From Acidobacteriota bacterium (GTDB lineage Bacteria; Acidobacteriota; Thermoanaerobaculia; Multivoradales; J023), in the NCBI GenBank assembly GCA_038747035.1, contig JBCDKB010000003.1, forward strand, positions 1 to 56,713: DNA of 56,713 bases, given 5' to 3'. Position 1 is the first letter of the stretch. Each line of letters starts with the position of its first letter. The notes beneath the pieces were generated by a model, which made no database searches, was not told the origin of the DNA, and was given only the letters and a program-made list of their open reading frames with translations. Both the position numbers and the translations under genes were made by a program. Positions 46,756 through 56,713 of the stretch are shown here, one piece after another.

Positions 46756-47442
46756 ATGATTACCGGGCACAATACCGACGTGCGCTACGGCGACGTGGTC
46801 CTTCACGTCCAGACTGAGGACAAAGGACACAATAACCCTTGCATCGAGAGCCTGATCTACTACGGCGGTCAGGTTGTCGTCGCGAAGCGCGGGAGCTACG
46901 CCGAGCTGCTCGAGAGCGGCAAGGGCGACGACGAGATCATGGCGCTGATGGATCATCAGCACCGCACCATGATCAAGGCGATCCAGGCCGGCAAATTCGA
47001 CGACAAGATCAAGGCCTTCTTGCCGGACAAGTCGAAGCTACCGAGTCGCGAGCCGCGGGAAGTCACCAGCACCTTCGACATGTCCTCCGACAGCGGGCGG
47101 ACCCTGGACCAGGTCATCCTCGAGTACTTGACGAGCGAGGCGGAACAGGAGCAACTGGTCCTGGTGATGGAGGATGAACCCGTCATCGAAGGCGGCGTCG
47201 CCATCGATTTGGCGTTGCGCACCCGGTCGTCGAAGACCGGTCAGGCGATCGGCGGCGCCTCGGTCGGAATCAAGATGATCTCGACCTTCGGCGGGCCGAG
47301 GACCCTCGGGATCGGTGAGACCGACGGCGATGGGTTCGTCAGAATTCCGGTGGAAATCCCGCGCGTCGACCGCGGTACGGCCGCTTTGATCATCACCGCC
47401 GCCAGCACCATCGGGCAGGCGGAGCTCAAGCACCTCCTTTGA
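46756..47442 (+). CDS. RomY-like protein with an additional C-terminal beta-sandwich domain
   Basis: N-terminal TGHNTDV..GDVVLHVQTEDKG..NP.I...I...G.V...KR.SY...LM..QH..M...I..G; internal TLDQVILEYL motif. The resemblance is recalled, not computed. Confidence 0.68.
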   Translation: MITGHNTDVRYGDVVLHVQTEDKGHNNPCIESLIYYGGQVVVAKRGSYAELLESGKGDDEIMALMDHQHRTMIKAIQAGKFDDKIKAFLPDKSKLPSREPREVTSTFDMSSDSGRTLDQVILEYLTSEAEQEQLVLVMEDEPVIEGGVAIDLALRTRSSKTGQAIGGASVGIKMISTFGGPRTLGIGETDGDGFVRIPVEIPRVDRGTAALIITAASTIGQAELKHLL

Positions 47443-47457
47443 TCGGGCCAGGTCGCC

Positions 47458-47661
47458 ATGATTGAGACCGTAGTGAACGGCGAGCGTACGGAGCTCGAGT
47501 CAGAGCTCACCCTCGCGGCGTGGCTAGAGGCGAAGGGCCGCGACGCACGCACCGTCGCGATCGAGCTCAATGGCGACATCGTGCCGCGCGCTCGCTTCGG
47601 CGAGACGACGATTCGCCACGGCGATCGACTCGAGGTCGTCGCCTTCGTCCAGGGCGGTTGA
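47458..47661 (+). CDS. thiS: Sulfur carrier protein ThiS
   Basis: 67 aa; VNGE, VAIELNG, GDRLEVV; C-terminal GG. Confidence 0.9.
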   Translation: MIETVVNGERTELESELTLAAWLEAKGRDARTVAIELNGDIVPRARFGETTIRHGDRLEVVAFVQGG

Positions 47662-47679
47662 ATCGCCTCCGAACCGGGC

Positions 47680-47708
47680 TTGAGTTTCTCGCCGGGCGAA
47701 GATATAGT
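47680..47708 (+). promoter_or_regulatory. Sigma-70 promoter of tRNA-Lys
   Basis: TTGAGT-17 bp-TATAGT followed by a GC-rich discriminator (CCCGCC), 11 nt before the tRNA. Confidence 0.7.
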
Positions 47709-47719
47709 CCCGCCTCCGT

Positions 47720-47795
47720 GGGCCGCTAGCTCAATTGGCAGAGCAACAGACTCTTAATCTGTGGGTTCTAGGTTCGATTCCTAGGCGGCTCACCA
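47720..47795 (+). tRNA. tRNA-Lys(CTT)
   Basis: 76-nt cloverleaf: GGGCCGC/GCGGCTC acceptor stem, anticodon arm ACAGA-CT CTT AA-TCTGT, GGTTCGATTCC T-arm, encoded CCA. Confidence 0.97.
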
Positions 47796-48045
47796 CCCAC
47801 TCCTCCCTCGGGTATCTACACGGCAGGACCGTTGGCGCCTCCCTCCTTCTTTTGCGTCAACACCCATCCGCCGAAACGATCGCCTCCGGTGTTCCTCGGC
47901 CTCCCTCCCGGTCTCTCGCCCGAGTCGTACCCCAGCGAGAAGCAATCCCACCGAGAAGTATTCAAGGATCGTCCTTGGAATTTGTTGTCCACGTTCGGGG
48001 TTATGCCCCGTACGCGCGCGGCGAAGAGTCCTTGGGCGGCCGTAA

Positions 48046-48130
48046 GCGAAAGTGGCGGAATCGGTAGACGCGCTAGACTTAGGATCTAGTCCCTTCGGGG
48101 GTGGGGGTTCGAGTCCCCCCTTTCGCACCA
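48046..48130 (+). tRNA. tRNA-Leu(TAG)
   Basis: 85 nt: GCGAAAG/CTTTCGC acceptor stem, CTAGA-CT TAG GA-TCTAG anticodon arm, long variable arm, GGTTCGAGTCC, CCA; typical position upstream of tig. Confidence 0.97.
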
Positions 48131-48182
48131 TCCTTCCTTTTATTGGCGAATCCGCCGCGATTTCAAGAGGTAGATCCCTTCG

Positions 48183-49520
48183 ATGAGTGTGGTCACAGGC
48201 ATGGAAGAAGCGGGCCCGCACCGCGTGAAGCTGACCATTGAGGTTCCCGCCCAGGCGGTCGATGCTGAAATGGGTCGCGTCATGCAGGAGTTCCGCCGTG
48301 AAGTGCGTTTGCCTGGCTTCCGTAAAGGCAAAGTGCCGAAGCGGTTGCTGCAGAAGCGGTTCAACGATGAGATCCAGCGCGAAGTCGCCGACCGGCTCTT
48401 GCCGCGCTACTGGCAGCAAGCCCAAGCTGAGAAGGATCTCGATCCTCTCCTGCCGCCGACGGTCGATGACCTGACCCTCAATGAGGGCGAGCCGATGGTG
48501 GTGGTCGCCACCGTCGAGACCCGCCCGGACATTACTCTCGGTGACATCGAGAATTTCGACCTGCCGGACGAGTCCACGGATCCGAACGACGACGAGATCG
48601 ATGACGCGATCGCCGACCTGCGGCGTTCCTTCGCCGAATGGAACACGGTGGAACGCGAGGCGGGTACCGGCGATCTGGTGGTCGGCACCATGCTCGACCT
48701 TGATGCCGGCGGAGATGATGCCGGTGAGGCTGACGGTGACGAAGAGGTCGCCGAAGCGGCCCCGGCTCCGGAGCCGCGGCCGATGCATATCGAGATTGGC
48801 GCCGCCAATACCGACGAAGAGTTGTCCCTGCTCCTGACCGGCAAGGCCGCCGGCGCCACCGTCATCTACGAGCGCACGCACGGCGAAGGTGAAGAGGAAA
48901 GCCAGCACCGCTACGAGATCCAAGTCAACGAGATCAAAGAGCAGGAGCTGCCGGAAGTCGATGACGCGTTCGCTGAACGCCTAGGCATCGGCTCTTCGGA
49001 CGAATTACGCACCCTCTTCGAACAGCGAATCCGTGGTGAAAAAGAGCAGTCCCTGCGCCGGCGCCGGACCGAGATTCTCCTCGAGGCCTTGCGTGAGCGC
49101 CACCCGCTCCCCACTTTGCCGGAAGGCGTGGTGCAACAGGAAGCGGAACGCATGATGCGCGAGCAAGCCGACCAGATGGCGCAGCAGGGTGTCGACCTCG
49201 AGAATGCCGGCATCGACTGGGGCCAGATGCTCGACAGCATCCGCCCGGCCGCTGAACGCCGGGTGCATGAACGCCTGGTCCTCGACGCCATCGCCAAGGA
49301 CCAAGGATCGCGCCTCGACGAAGAGAAATTCGAGATGTTCCTGTCGTCGGCGGCGGCGCAGCAGAACGTATCTTCCCTGGCCCTGCGCCAGCGCCTGTCC
49401 GAAGACGGGCGTCTCGAGCCGCTGCGGGCCCAGCTCCTGCGCGAGCAGACCATCGCCGAGCTTCTCGGTGAAGGCGACTCCGTATCCGACGACGAAGACG
49501 ACTCGGACGACGACGTCTAA
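48183..49520 (+). CDS. tig: Trigger factor
   Basis: LPGFRKGKVP signature; LPEVDDAFA; upstream of clpP. Confidence 0.95.
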   Translation: MSVVTGMEEAGPHRVKLTIEVPAQAVDAEMGRVMQEFRREVRLPGFRKGKVPKRLLQKRFNDEIQREVADRLLPRYWQQAQAEKDLDPLLPPTVDDLTLNEGEPMVVVATVETRPDITLGDIENFDLPDESTDPNDDEIDDAIADLRRSFAEWNTVEREAGTGDLVVGTMLDLDAGGDDAGEADGDEEVAEAAPAPEPRPMHIEIGAANTDEELSLLLTGKAAGATVIYERTHGEGEEESQHRYEIQVNEIKEQELPEVDDAFAERLGIGSSDELRTLFEQRIRGEKEQSLRRRRTEILLEALRERHPLPTLPEGVVQQEAERMMREQADQMAQQGVDLENAGIDWGQMLDSIRPAAERRVHERLVLDAIAKDQGSRLDEEKFEMFLSSAAAQQNVSSLALRQRLSEDGRLEPLRAQLLREQTIAELLGEGDSVSDDEDDSDDDV

Positions 49521-49590
49521 CTCGCCACTGCACCCCGCCGGTCCAGCCGGATGAACTAATTCGTCACGCCAGACGTAACAGGAGACCGAT

Positions 49591-50184
49591 ATGTTGATTC
49601 CGATGGTCGTAGAGCAGACCAACCGCGGCGAGCGCTCTTACGACATCTATTCGCGATTGCTGAAGGACAACATCATCTTTCTCGGTCGTCAGATCGAGGA
49701 CGAGTTGGCGAGCCTTGTGATCGCGCAATTGCTTTTCCTGGAAGCCGAAAATCCGGAGAAAGACATCGCGATCTACATCAACTCCCCGGGCGGTTCGATC
49801 ACGGCCGGTCTGGCGATCTACGACACGATGCAATACATCAAGCCCGACGTCGCCACGGTCTGCGTCGGGCAAGCGGCGTCCATGGCCGCCGTGCTGCTCG
49901 CCGCCGGCACCGCCGGCAAGCGCACGATTCTTCCCAATAGCCGTGTGCTCATTCACCAGCCGTGGATCCGAGGCGTCGGCGGTCAGCAGACCGACATCGC
50001 CATCCAGGCCCAGGACATGCTGGCGACCCGGACTCGTCTCGACGAGATTCTGGCGCACCACACGGGACAAGATATCGAGACCATCCACCGCGATACCGAG
50101 CGCGACAACATTCTTCCCGCCGAAGAGGCCGTCAAGTATGGCCTGGTGGATCAAGTGATGAAGCGCCGCGACGAGTCGTCCTGA
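49591..50184 (+). CDS. clpP: ATP-dependent Clp protease proteolytic subunit
   Basis: DIYSRLL, YINSPGG, GQAASM, LIHQP, DTERD. Confidence 0.98.
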   Translation: MLIPMVVEQTNRGERSYDIYSRLLKDNIIFLGRQIEDELASLVIAQLLFLEAENPEKDIAIYINSPGGSITAGLAIYDTMQYIKPDVATVCVGQAASMAAVLLAAGTAGKRTILPNSRVLIHQPWIRGVGGQQTDIAIQAQDMLATRTRLDEILAHHTGQDIETIHRDTERDNILPAEEAVKYGLVDQVMKRRDESS

Positions 50185-50261
50185 AGCAGGCACCGAGCGG
50201 ACTGGCCGGTTCGAATCGTCTAGAATGATCGAACGGCGCGACAGCCGCCCGAGGAGGAAAG

Positions 50262-51497
50262 ATGCCGAGTAAGAACGCCAGCGACGATACCCTGCGTTGC
50301 TCCTTTTGCAATAAGAGTCAGCGCGAGGTCAAAAAGCTGATCGCCGGCCCCGCGGTCTTCATTTGCGATGAGTGCGTGGACATCTGCCTCGACATCATTG
50401 CCGAGGATCGACTGCACGAGCAGCAGCAAGACACGGACCTGCCGAAGCCGCAGGAGATCAAGAAGCTGCTCGATGAGTACGTCATCGGCCAAGACCAAGC
50501 CAAGCGCAAGCTTTCGGTGGCCGTCTACAACCACTATAAGCGCATCGAATACTCCGAGCGGACCCGGAGCGATGTCGAGCTCGCAAAGTCGAATATCCTC
50601 CTCATCGGTCCGACGGGAACGGGCAAGACGCTGCTGGCGCAAACGCTGGCGCGCATCCTCGCCGTACCCTTCACGATCGCCGACGCCACCACGCTGACGG
50701 AGGCGGGCTACGTCGGTGAAGATGTGGAAAACATCATTCTCAAGCTTTACCAGGCTTCTGGTAACGATAAAGAGAAGACCCAGCGGGGCATCGTTTATAT
50801 CGACGAGGTCGACAAGATCTCGCGCAAGAGCGACAACCCGTCCATCACCCGGGACGTCTCCGGTGAAGGCGTTCAGCAGGCGCTGCTCAAGATCCTGGAA
50901 GGCAGTCAGTGCAACGTGCCGCCCCAGGGCGGACGCAAGCACCCGCACCAAGAATTCCTGCAGATCGACACGACCAACGTCCTCTTCATCTGCGGCGGCG
51001 CCTTCGTCGGTCTAGAGGACCTGATCTCCCGGCGCATGAATAAGAAGACCATGGGCTTCGGCGCCAAGGTCCAGAACGTGACCCGCGACCGTGACGGCGT
51101 GATGCTGCAGCACGTCCAGCCGGGTGACCTGATCAAGTACGGCATGATTCCCGAGTTCGTCGGCCGTCTGCCGGTGGTCTCGACGCTCGAGGCCCTAGAC
51201 GAGCATGCCCTCGTGCGCATCTTGATCGAGCCCAAGAATAGCCTCGTTAAACAGTACGAGACGATGTTCGATTTTGAAGACGTGAAGCTGCGCATCACGG
51301 ACGATGCCATGCGCGCCATCGCCCAGGAAGCGATCCAGCGGAACGTCGGCGCCCGCGGCCTGCGGATCATCATGGAAGAGCTGATGCTCGACCTGATGTA
51401 CCGCATTCCGTCCCAAACCGATATTGACGAAGTCGTCATCACTGACGACGTGGTCTACAACAAGGTGCAGCCGAGCCTGCTCAAACGAGCCGGCTAG
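50262..51497 (+). CDS. clpX: ATP-dependent Clp protease ATPase subunit
   Basis: CSFC..CDEC zinc finger, [30 protein letters not shown]. Confidence 0.98.
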   Translation: MPSKNASDDTLRCSFCNKSQREVKKLIAGPAVFICDECVDICLDIIAEDRLHEQQQDTDLPKPQEIKKLLDEYVIGQDQAKRKLSVAVYNHYKRIEYSERTRSDVELAKSNILLIGPTGTGKTLLAQTLARILAVPFTIADATTLTEAGYVGEDVENIILKLYQASGNDKEKTQRGIVYIDEVDKISRKSDNPSITRDVSGEGVQQALLKILEGSQCNVPPQGGRKHPHQEFLQIDTTNVLFICGGAFVGLEDLISRRMNKKTMGFGAKVQNVTRDRDGVMLQHVQPGDLIKYGMIPEFVGRLPVVSTLEALDEHALVRILIEPKNSLVKQYETMFDFEDVKLRITDDAMRAIAQEAIQRNVGARGLRIIMEELMLDLMYRIPSQTDIDEVVITDDVVYNKVQPSLLKRAG

Positions 51498-51626
51498 CCC
51501 CTAGATGGCGCCACCGGTCCCGGGCGGGGGTGGGCGCGCCCTTCGACGAATCCATATCGGGCCCGTATACAGAAGATAAGAGTAGAGCGACATAGGCCCC
51601 CGGGGCCGACACTTACGAGAGATGCA

Positions 51627-54032
51627 ATGACCTCGACTTTCATCGAAGAGGACCGCAAGATTCTTCCCGCCGTGCCGCTGCGCGACATGGTGGTCTTCCC
51701 CCATATGATGGCGCCGTTTATCGTCGGTCGCCAGAGCTCCGTGCGGGCCCTCGAGAAAGCCCTGGCGCGCCCCGGCAAGCAGCTTTTTCTCGTCACTCAA
51801 CGAGATCCGAAGGTCGATGACCCGGCGTTCGACGACATCCAGCAGATGGGTGTTGTCGCGCGGGTTATTCAGAATTTGCGTTTGCCCAATGGCAACGTCA
51901 AAGTCATGGTCGAAGGCGAACGCCGCGCCAAGCTGCTCGAGCTCGGCGAGCGCGAAGGCGCACTTTACGCCGAAGTCGAAGCGCTCGAAGTGCGCTATCC
52001 GATGAGCGACAAGCTCCATACTTATATGGGCAAAGTCCTCGGCGCCTTCGAGCAATACGCCAAGAGCTCCCACCACCTCGCCTTCGAGGGTCTGATGCCG
52101 ACCCTCAAAATGGACGACCCGGACCGTTTTGCCGATACCCTCGCGGCCCACCTGATGGTGACCACGGCGGAGAAACAAGGTCTACTCGATCTGGTGAATC
52201 CGTACGAGCGCCTGCAGCGCCTCCATGACCTCATCGATGTTGAGATCGAGAAGGTCAACATCGAGAAGCGCATCAATGTGCAGGTCAAGAAGCAGATGGA
52301 GAAGGCGCAGAAGGAGTACTACCTCAACGAGAAGGTCAAGGCGATCCACGACGAGTTGGGTCGTAAAGATGACCGCGCCGAAGAGGTCAAAGAGCTCAAG
52401 GAAAAGATCGAAGAAGCCGGCATGCCGCAGGAAGCGAAGTCGCGGGCTGAGCAAGAGCTCAAGCGGCTGGAAGCCATGCCGCCGGTCTCCGCCGAAGCGA
52501 CCGTTTCGCGCAACTACATCGACTGGCTCGTTTCCGTGCCGTGGAAGAAGAAGAGCCGCGAGCTCCGTGACCTGAAGCGTGCCCAGGAGATCCTCGACTC
52601 GGATCACTACGGTCTGCCCAAGATCAAAGAGCGCATCCTCGAGTTTCTAGCGGTGCGTGCCCTGACGAAGAAGACTCAAAGCTCGATCATCTGCTTCGTG
52701 GGCCCGCCGGGCGTCGGCAAATCGTCCCTGGCGAAGTCAATCGCGAAGGCCACCGGCCGTAAGTTTGTGCGCCTGTCCCTCGGCGGCGTCCGGGACGAAG
52801 CGGAGATCCGCGGCCACCGTCGGACCTATATCGGCGCCTTCCCCGGCCAGATTATCCAGATGATGAAGAAGGCCGGCACCGTCAACCCGGTCTTCCTGCT
52901 CGACGAGATCGACAAGATGGCGATGGACTTCCGGGGTGACCCGGCGGCGGCGCTGCTCGAGGTGCTGGATCCGGAGCAAAACGACGCCTTCGCGGATCAC
53001 TACCTCGACGTGGAATACGACCTGTCGAAGGTGATGTTCATCGCCACCGCCAACGTCATCCACACCGTGCCGGCGCCGCTGCGCGATCGCATGGAAGTCA
53101 TCGAGCTGACCGGCTACACCCCGAATGAGAAGCTGGCGATTGCCCAGAATTTCTTGGTGCCGAAGCAGGTCGAGCGTCACGGCCTCGAAAAGAAAGAAGC
53201 CGTCATCGCCGACGACGCGGTGCGGGAGCTCGTGGATTACTACACGCGGGAAGCCGGCGTGCGTAATTTGGAGCGTGAAGTCGGCGCCGTGTGCCGCAAG
53301 CTCGCGCGTCAGCTGATTGAAGAAAAGAAGGACGCCAACCTCAACGTCGACGGCCCCGAAAGGATCCGCGAGCTCCTCGGCAAGCGCCGCTATCGCAAGC
53401 GCTCGAAGAATAAGGAGTCCGTGGTCGGCGTGTGCACGGGTCTGGCTTGGACCGAAGTCGGCGGCGAGATCCTCGAGACCCAGGTCGGTCTCATGAAGGG
53501 CAAAGGCAAGCTGACCCTGACCGGTAAACTGGGTGACGTCATGCAAGAGTCAGCTCGGGCCGCCGTGTCTTATGTGCGCAGTCGTTCTGAGCTCCTGGGC
53601 ATCGATCCGGACTTCACCGAGAAGCTCGACGTGCACTTGCACGTGCCCGAGGGGGCCATTCCCAAAGACGGCCCCTCGGCCGGTATCACCATGGCGACCG
53701 CCCTCGTTTCCGCCCTGACCGGGATTCCGGTGAGGAAAGATGTGGCGATGACCGGTGAAATTACCCTCCGGGGTACGGTCTTGCCCGTCGGTGGTATCAA
53801 GGATAAGATCCTTGCAGCCTACCGAGCAGACATCGTTGAGATTCTCCTTCCTTACGATAACGAGAAGGACCTCGACGACATCCCGGCCGAAATTCGCGAA
53901 GTCCTGACCGTCCATCCGGTCGAGTCCATGGACGAGGTCTTGACCGTCGCCCTCGACGGCGAGATTAAGCCCCTTCCGGAGTCCCAAGAGGCTTCCGACT
54001 CCGCGGTTGACACCGGTTCCCTGGCCCACTAG
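51627..54032 (+). CDS. lon: Lon protease
   Basis: [40 protein letters not shown]. Confidence 0.98.
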   Translation: MTSTFIEEDRKILPAVPLRDMVVFPHMMAPFIVGRQSSVRALEKALARPGKQLFLVTQRDPKVDDPAFDDIQQMGVVARVIQNLRLPNGNVKVMVEGERRAKLLELGEREGALYAEVEALEVRYPMSDKLHTYMGKVLGAFEQYAKSSHHLAFEGLMPTLKMDDPDRFADTLAAHLMVTTAEKQGLLDLVNPYERLQRLHDLIDVEIEKVNIEKRINVQVKKQMEKAQKEYYLNEKVKAIHDELGRKDDRAEEVKELKEKIEEAGMPQEAKSRAEQELKRLEAMPPVSAEATVSRNYIDWLVSVPWKKKSRELRDLKRAQEILDSDHYGLPKIKERILEFLAVRALTKKTQSSIICFVGPPGVGKSSLAKSIAKATGRKFVRLSLGGVRDEAEIRGHRRTYIGAFPGQIIQMMKKAGTVNPVFLLDEIDKMAMDFRGDPAAALLEVLDPEQNDAFADHYLDVEYDLSKVMFIATANVIHTVPAPLRDRMEVIELTGYTPNEKLAIAQNFLVPKQVERHGLEKKEAVIADDAVRELVDYYTREAGVRNLEREVGAVCRKLARQLIEEKKDANLNVDGPERIRELLGKRRYRKRSKNKESVVGVCTGLAWTEVGGEILETQVGLMKGKGKLTLTGKLGDVMQESARAAVSYVRSRSELLGIDPDFTEKLDVHLHVPEGAIPKDGPSAGITMATALVSALTGIPVRKDVAMTGEITLRGTVLPVGGIKDKILAAYRADIVEILLPYDNEKDLDDIPAEIREVLTVHPVESMDEVLTVALDGEIKPLPESQEASDSAVDTGSLAH

Positions 54033-54130
54033 CCAGCCCCATCCACCCCCAGGCGGGTCCCCGCCATCCACAACTTGTCGCCGTTGGACGCGATCACCCC
54101 TTAGGGTCTCGACTTCAACGGCACCCCCCT

Positions 54131-54219
54131 AAGACATCCTGGTCTGGGCGCCGAGCTCCCCTTCGGCGCGCCGACCTCAGCATGACGAGGTCCCTTCCTT
54201 GTCGTCAGATGTCTTCTTT
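54131..54219 (+). ncRNA. Candidate structured RNA: three-way junction with two C-rich loops
   Basis: AAGACATC/GATGTCTT closing helix encloses two hairpins with loops CUCCCC and UCCCUU; G-U pairs favour the plus strand. Confidence 0.4.
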
Positions 54220-54331
54220 GACAGCGACATTGTCGAGGTCGCGGGCCTCGGTCCTTCCGGGCCGCGCCGCGGCTATCTGTCTTCGCCCACCTCTGAACCA
54301 CCCCTGCCCAACAGCTGAATCGACGCCAGCG

Positions 54332-54958
54332 ATGAAAATCCACACGGCGGAGCACATCCTTTCGGCTGTGCGTCAAGCTCAATTTCGCCGCGACGGCCGA
54401 CCTGAAATCGCCTTCGTCGGTCGGTCCAATGTGGGCAAATCGAGCCTGATGAACCGGTTGCTGAATCGTAAGGGCCTGGCCAGGACCAGCTCGCGACCGG
54501 GCCGCACCCAGGCCGTGAACTATTTCTTGATCAACGATCGCGTCTACTTCGTGGACCTGCCGGGCTACGGCTATGCGAAGGCGTCGAAAGCCGACCGCGC
54601 GCGGTGGGCGCGCCTGATGGACACCTACTTCAGGGACGCCAGCACCCGCCAGGTGCTCTTGATCCAGCTGGTCGACGCGAAGGTCGGCGCCACCGCCCTC
54701 GACGAGCAGGCGATCGACTATTTCATCGACCTCGGGCTCGATCCTGCGGTCGTCGCGACAAAAATCGACAAAGTTCCGCGATCGAGACGCGTGAAGCAGC
54801 TGCGCGCGATCAACACCTCTCTGGAGCTCGAGGCTGACGACGAGTCGGCCATGACGGTGTCGGCGGAAACGGGAGAGGGGATCCCGGCTTTGTGGAATCG
54901 AATTCAATCTTTCCTGGACGCCGGCCACAGCTCCGGCGAGACCGCACCTCCAAAGTAG
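54332..54958 (+). CDS. yihA: Ribosome biogenesis GTPase YihA/YsxC/EngB
   Basis: [26 protein letters not shown]. Confidence 0.95.
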   Translation: MKIHTAEHILSAVRQAQFRRDGRPEIAFVGRSNVGKSSLMNRLLNRKGLARTSSRPGRTQAVNYFLINDRVYFVDLPGYGYAKASKADRARWARLMDTYFRDASTRQVLLIQLVDAKVGATALDEQAIDYFIDLGLDPAVVATKIDKVPRSRRVKQLRAINTSLELEADDESAMTVSAETGEGIPALWNRIQSFLDAGHSSGETAPPK

Positions 54959-54968
54959 CGGGGATCTC

Positions 54969-56303
54969 ATGACGAATAACACCAGCGAGACGACGGCCCC
55001 AACCCGGACCCGCCGCAAGGTCCGCTCTTCGAGCGGCACCAAAGAGCGCGGCCCTTCCCTCGATATCCGCGAGCTCAAGGAGATGTCAATCTCCCAGCTG
55101 GTGCAGATCGCCAACGAGCTCGGGATCGAAGGGGCCACCGGAACGCGCAAGCAGGAGCTGATTTTCCAGGTTCTTCAGGCGCAGACCGAGAAGTCCGGGC
55201 TGATTTTTGCCGAAGGTGTGCTCGAATGCCTTCCCGACGGTTTCGGATTTCTGCGCGCCCCTGAGTACAACTACCTCCCGGGCCCCGATGATATCTACGT
55301 CAGTCCGAGCCAGATTCGGCGGTTTGACCTGCGGACCGGCGATACCGTGTCCGGCCAGGTCCGCAAGCCGAAGGAGGGGGAGCGCTACTTCGCCTTGATC
55401 AAGGTAGAGGCGGTCAACTTCGAGCATCCGGACGTGATCCGGAACAAGATTTTCTTCGACAACTTGACCCCGCTCTATCCCCTGGAGCGGCTCAAGCTCG
55501 AAGTCCCGGGTGACATGTCCTCGCGGGTCATGGACCTCGCCACGCCGATGGGCAAGGGCCAGCGCGCGCTGATCGTGGCGCCGCCTAGGACCGGTAAGAC
55601 GATGCTTCTGCAAAGCGTCGCGTCGTCGATTGCGCGCAATCATCCCGAGATTGTGCTGATTGTGCTGCTGATCGACGAGCGACCTGAGGAAGTGACGGAT
55701 ATGCAGCGCTCGGTCCAAGGCGAGGTCGTGTCGTCGACCTTCGATGAGCCGGCGACCCGCCACGTGCAGGTGGCGGAGATGGTGATCGAAAAGGCGAAGC
55801 GCCTGGTCGAGCACAAGAAGGACGTTGTGATCCTGCTCGACTCGATCACCCGCCTGGCGCGCGCCTACAATACGGTGCAGCCGCCGTCGGGTAAGGTGCT
55901 TTCTGGCGGTATTGACGCTAATGCCTTGCACCGCCCGAAGCGGTTCTTTGGCGCCGCTCGAAACGTCGAAGAGGGTGGCTCGCTGACCATTATCTCGACG
56001 GCCTTGGTCGATACCGGATCGCGTATGGATGACGTGATCTTCGAAGAATTCAAAGGCACCGGCAATTGCGAAATCCACCTGGACCGCAAGCTGGTCGACA
56101 AGCGCGTCTTCCCGGCGATCGACATCAACAAGTCCGGCACCCGGAAAGAAGAGCTGCTGATGCCCGAGTCGGAGCTGCACCGGGTGTGGATCCTGCGCAA
56201 GGTGTTGAATCCGCTGTCGACGGTGGAGTCGATGGAGCTGCTTCTCGACAAGCTGTCCAAGACACGCAGCAACGGCGATTTCTTGAACGCCATGTCGAAG
56301 TAG
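54969..56303 (+). CDS. rho: Transcription termination factor Rho
   Basis: [45 protein letters not shown]. Confidence 0.98.
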   Translation: MTNNTSETTAPTRTRRKVRSSSGTKERGPSLDIRELKEMSISQLVQIANELGIEGATGTRKQELIFQVLQAQTEKSGLIFAEGVLECLPDGFGFLRAPEYNYLPGPDDIYVSPSQIRRFDLRTGDTVSGQVRKPKEGERYFALIKVEAVNFEHPDVIRNKIFFDNLTPLYPLERLKLEVPGDMSSRVMDLATPMGKGQRALIVAPPRTGKTMLLQSVASSIARNHPEIVLIVLLIDERPEEVTDMQRSVQGEVVSSTFDEPATRHVQVAEMVIEKAKRLVEHKKDVVILLDSITRLARAYNTVQPPSGKVLSGGIDANALHRPKRFFGAARNVEEGGSLTIISTALVDTGSRMDDVIFEEFKGTGNCEIHLDRKLVDKRVFPAIDINKSGTRKEELLMPESELHRVWILRKVLNPLSTVESMELLLDKLSKTRSNGDFLNAMSK

Positions 56304-56638
56304 CTGATCGGCGAACGGGCGGCTCTTCTCCGCCGTCCTGACGTCGGTCAAGGTTGTGCTCCCCTCCCTCGGTCTCGAGCGGGGAGGCGCCGTGTGCTGG
56401 CCGTTTTATGGATCCGGACTAACGGTCGGCGGGGCCCGGATGGGCGGCGGGACTGGGCGTCTCGAGACGGCCTGCGGGCAAGGTGTCGAGGGGGCGCTCG
56501 ACATGAAAGCTGCGGTGAGAATTCAACCCTTCGGCGCCGGGCGGCATCGTATGGGCGTGGGGCCGCCGGCTAACCTTTTGCGCCGGGTGGTCGTAAAGAT
56601 GTTGTAACGCCGATCACTTAGCCAGCCTCGGAGAGTCC

Positions 56639-56713
56639 ATGATCAACCTCCGCCTCGCCTTTCGCTCGCTGCTCAAGACCCCCGTCGTCACCGCCGTCGC
56701 CGTCCTCTCGCTC
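56639..56713 (+). CDS. ABC transporter permease, MacB/ADOP-type, partial (5' end only)
   Basis: GGAG RBS; MINLRLAFRSLLKTPVVTAVAVLSL matches the typical LR.A.R.L.K.P..T..A.LSL N-terminus. Confidence 0.75.
   Translation, partial: MINLRLAFRSLLKTPVVTAVAVLSL

Noticed and set aside
47720-48130. tRNA-anchored integrative element
   Set aside because: No integrase and no duplicated tRNA 3' end seen in the window.
56356-56607. 83-aa ORF between rho and the ABC permease
   Set aside because: No RBS, atypical composition and no motif; probably non-coding.

Overview
High-GC bacterial chromosomal segment, most consistent with Acidobacteriota (inferred from the ADOP-type permease start, the Oar-like TonB receptor/TPR/CRTAC1 cassette and the overall gene content). 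Left to right: (i) 1-7.5 kb, an accessory mosaic with a sigma-54-driven secreted protein that runs off the window, a three-gene phosphoglycosyltransferase/WecG cluster, TetR, and decayed ior/cytochrome c and RND-adaptor remnants; (ii) a metF-dacB-methyltransferase-LMW-PTP operon on the minus strand; (iii) a Wzy-type polysaccharide export locus (O-antigen ligase/polymerase, OM beta-barrel, short OPX/Wza, Wzc, CpsB) plus secreted, TPR and Ig-like proteins; (iv) mrp, lpxH, a methyltransferase, an M28 peptidase, a candidate sigma-54-dependent sRNA, DUF885 and a TonB receptor-TPR-CRTAC1-TPR cassette; (v) icmF, then a RomR-like response regulator, birA, coaX, a hypothetical gene, a RomY-like protein and thiS; (vi) tRNA-Lys, tRNA-Leu, tig-clpP-clpX-lon, yihA, rho and the start of an ABC permease. 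The strongest leads are co-located homologues of the myxobacterial polarity proteins RomR and RomY, an orphan sigma-54 promoter/terminator unit that looks like a ~95-nt sRNA, and two intergenic structured elements with C-rich loops. All family assignments come from motif recognition, not from database searches.
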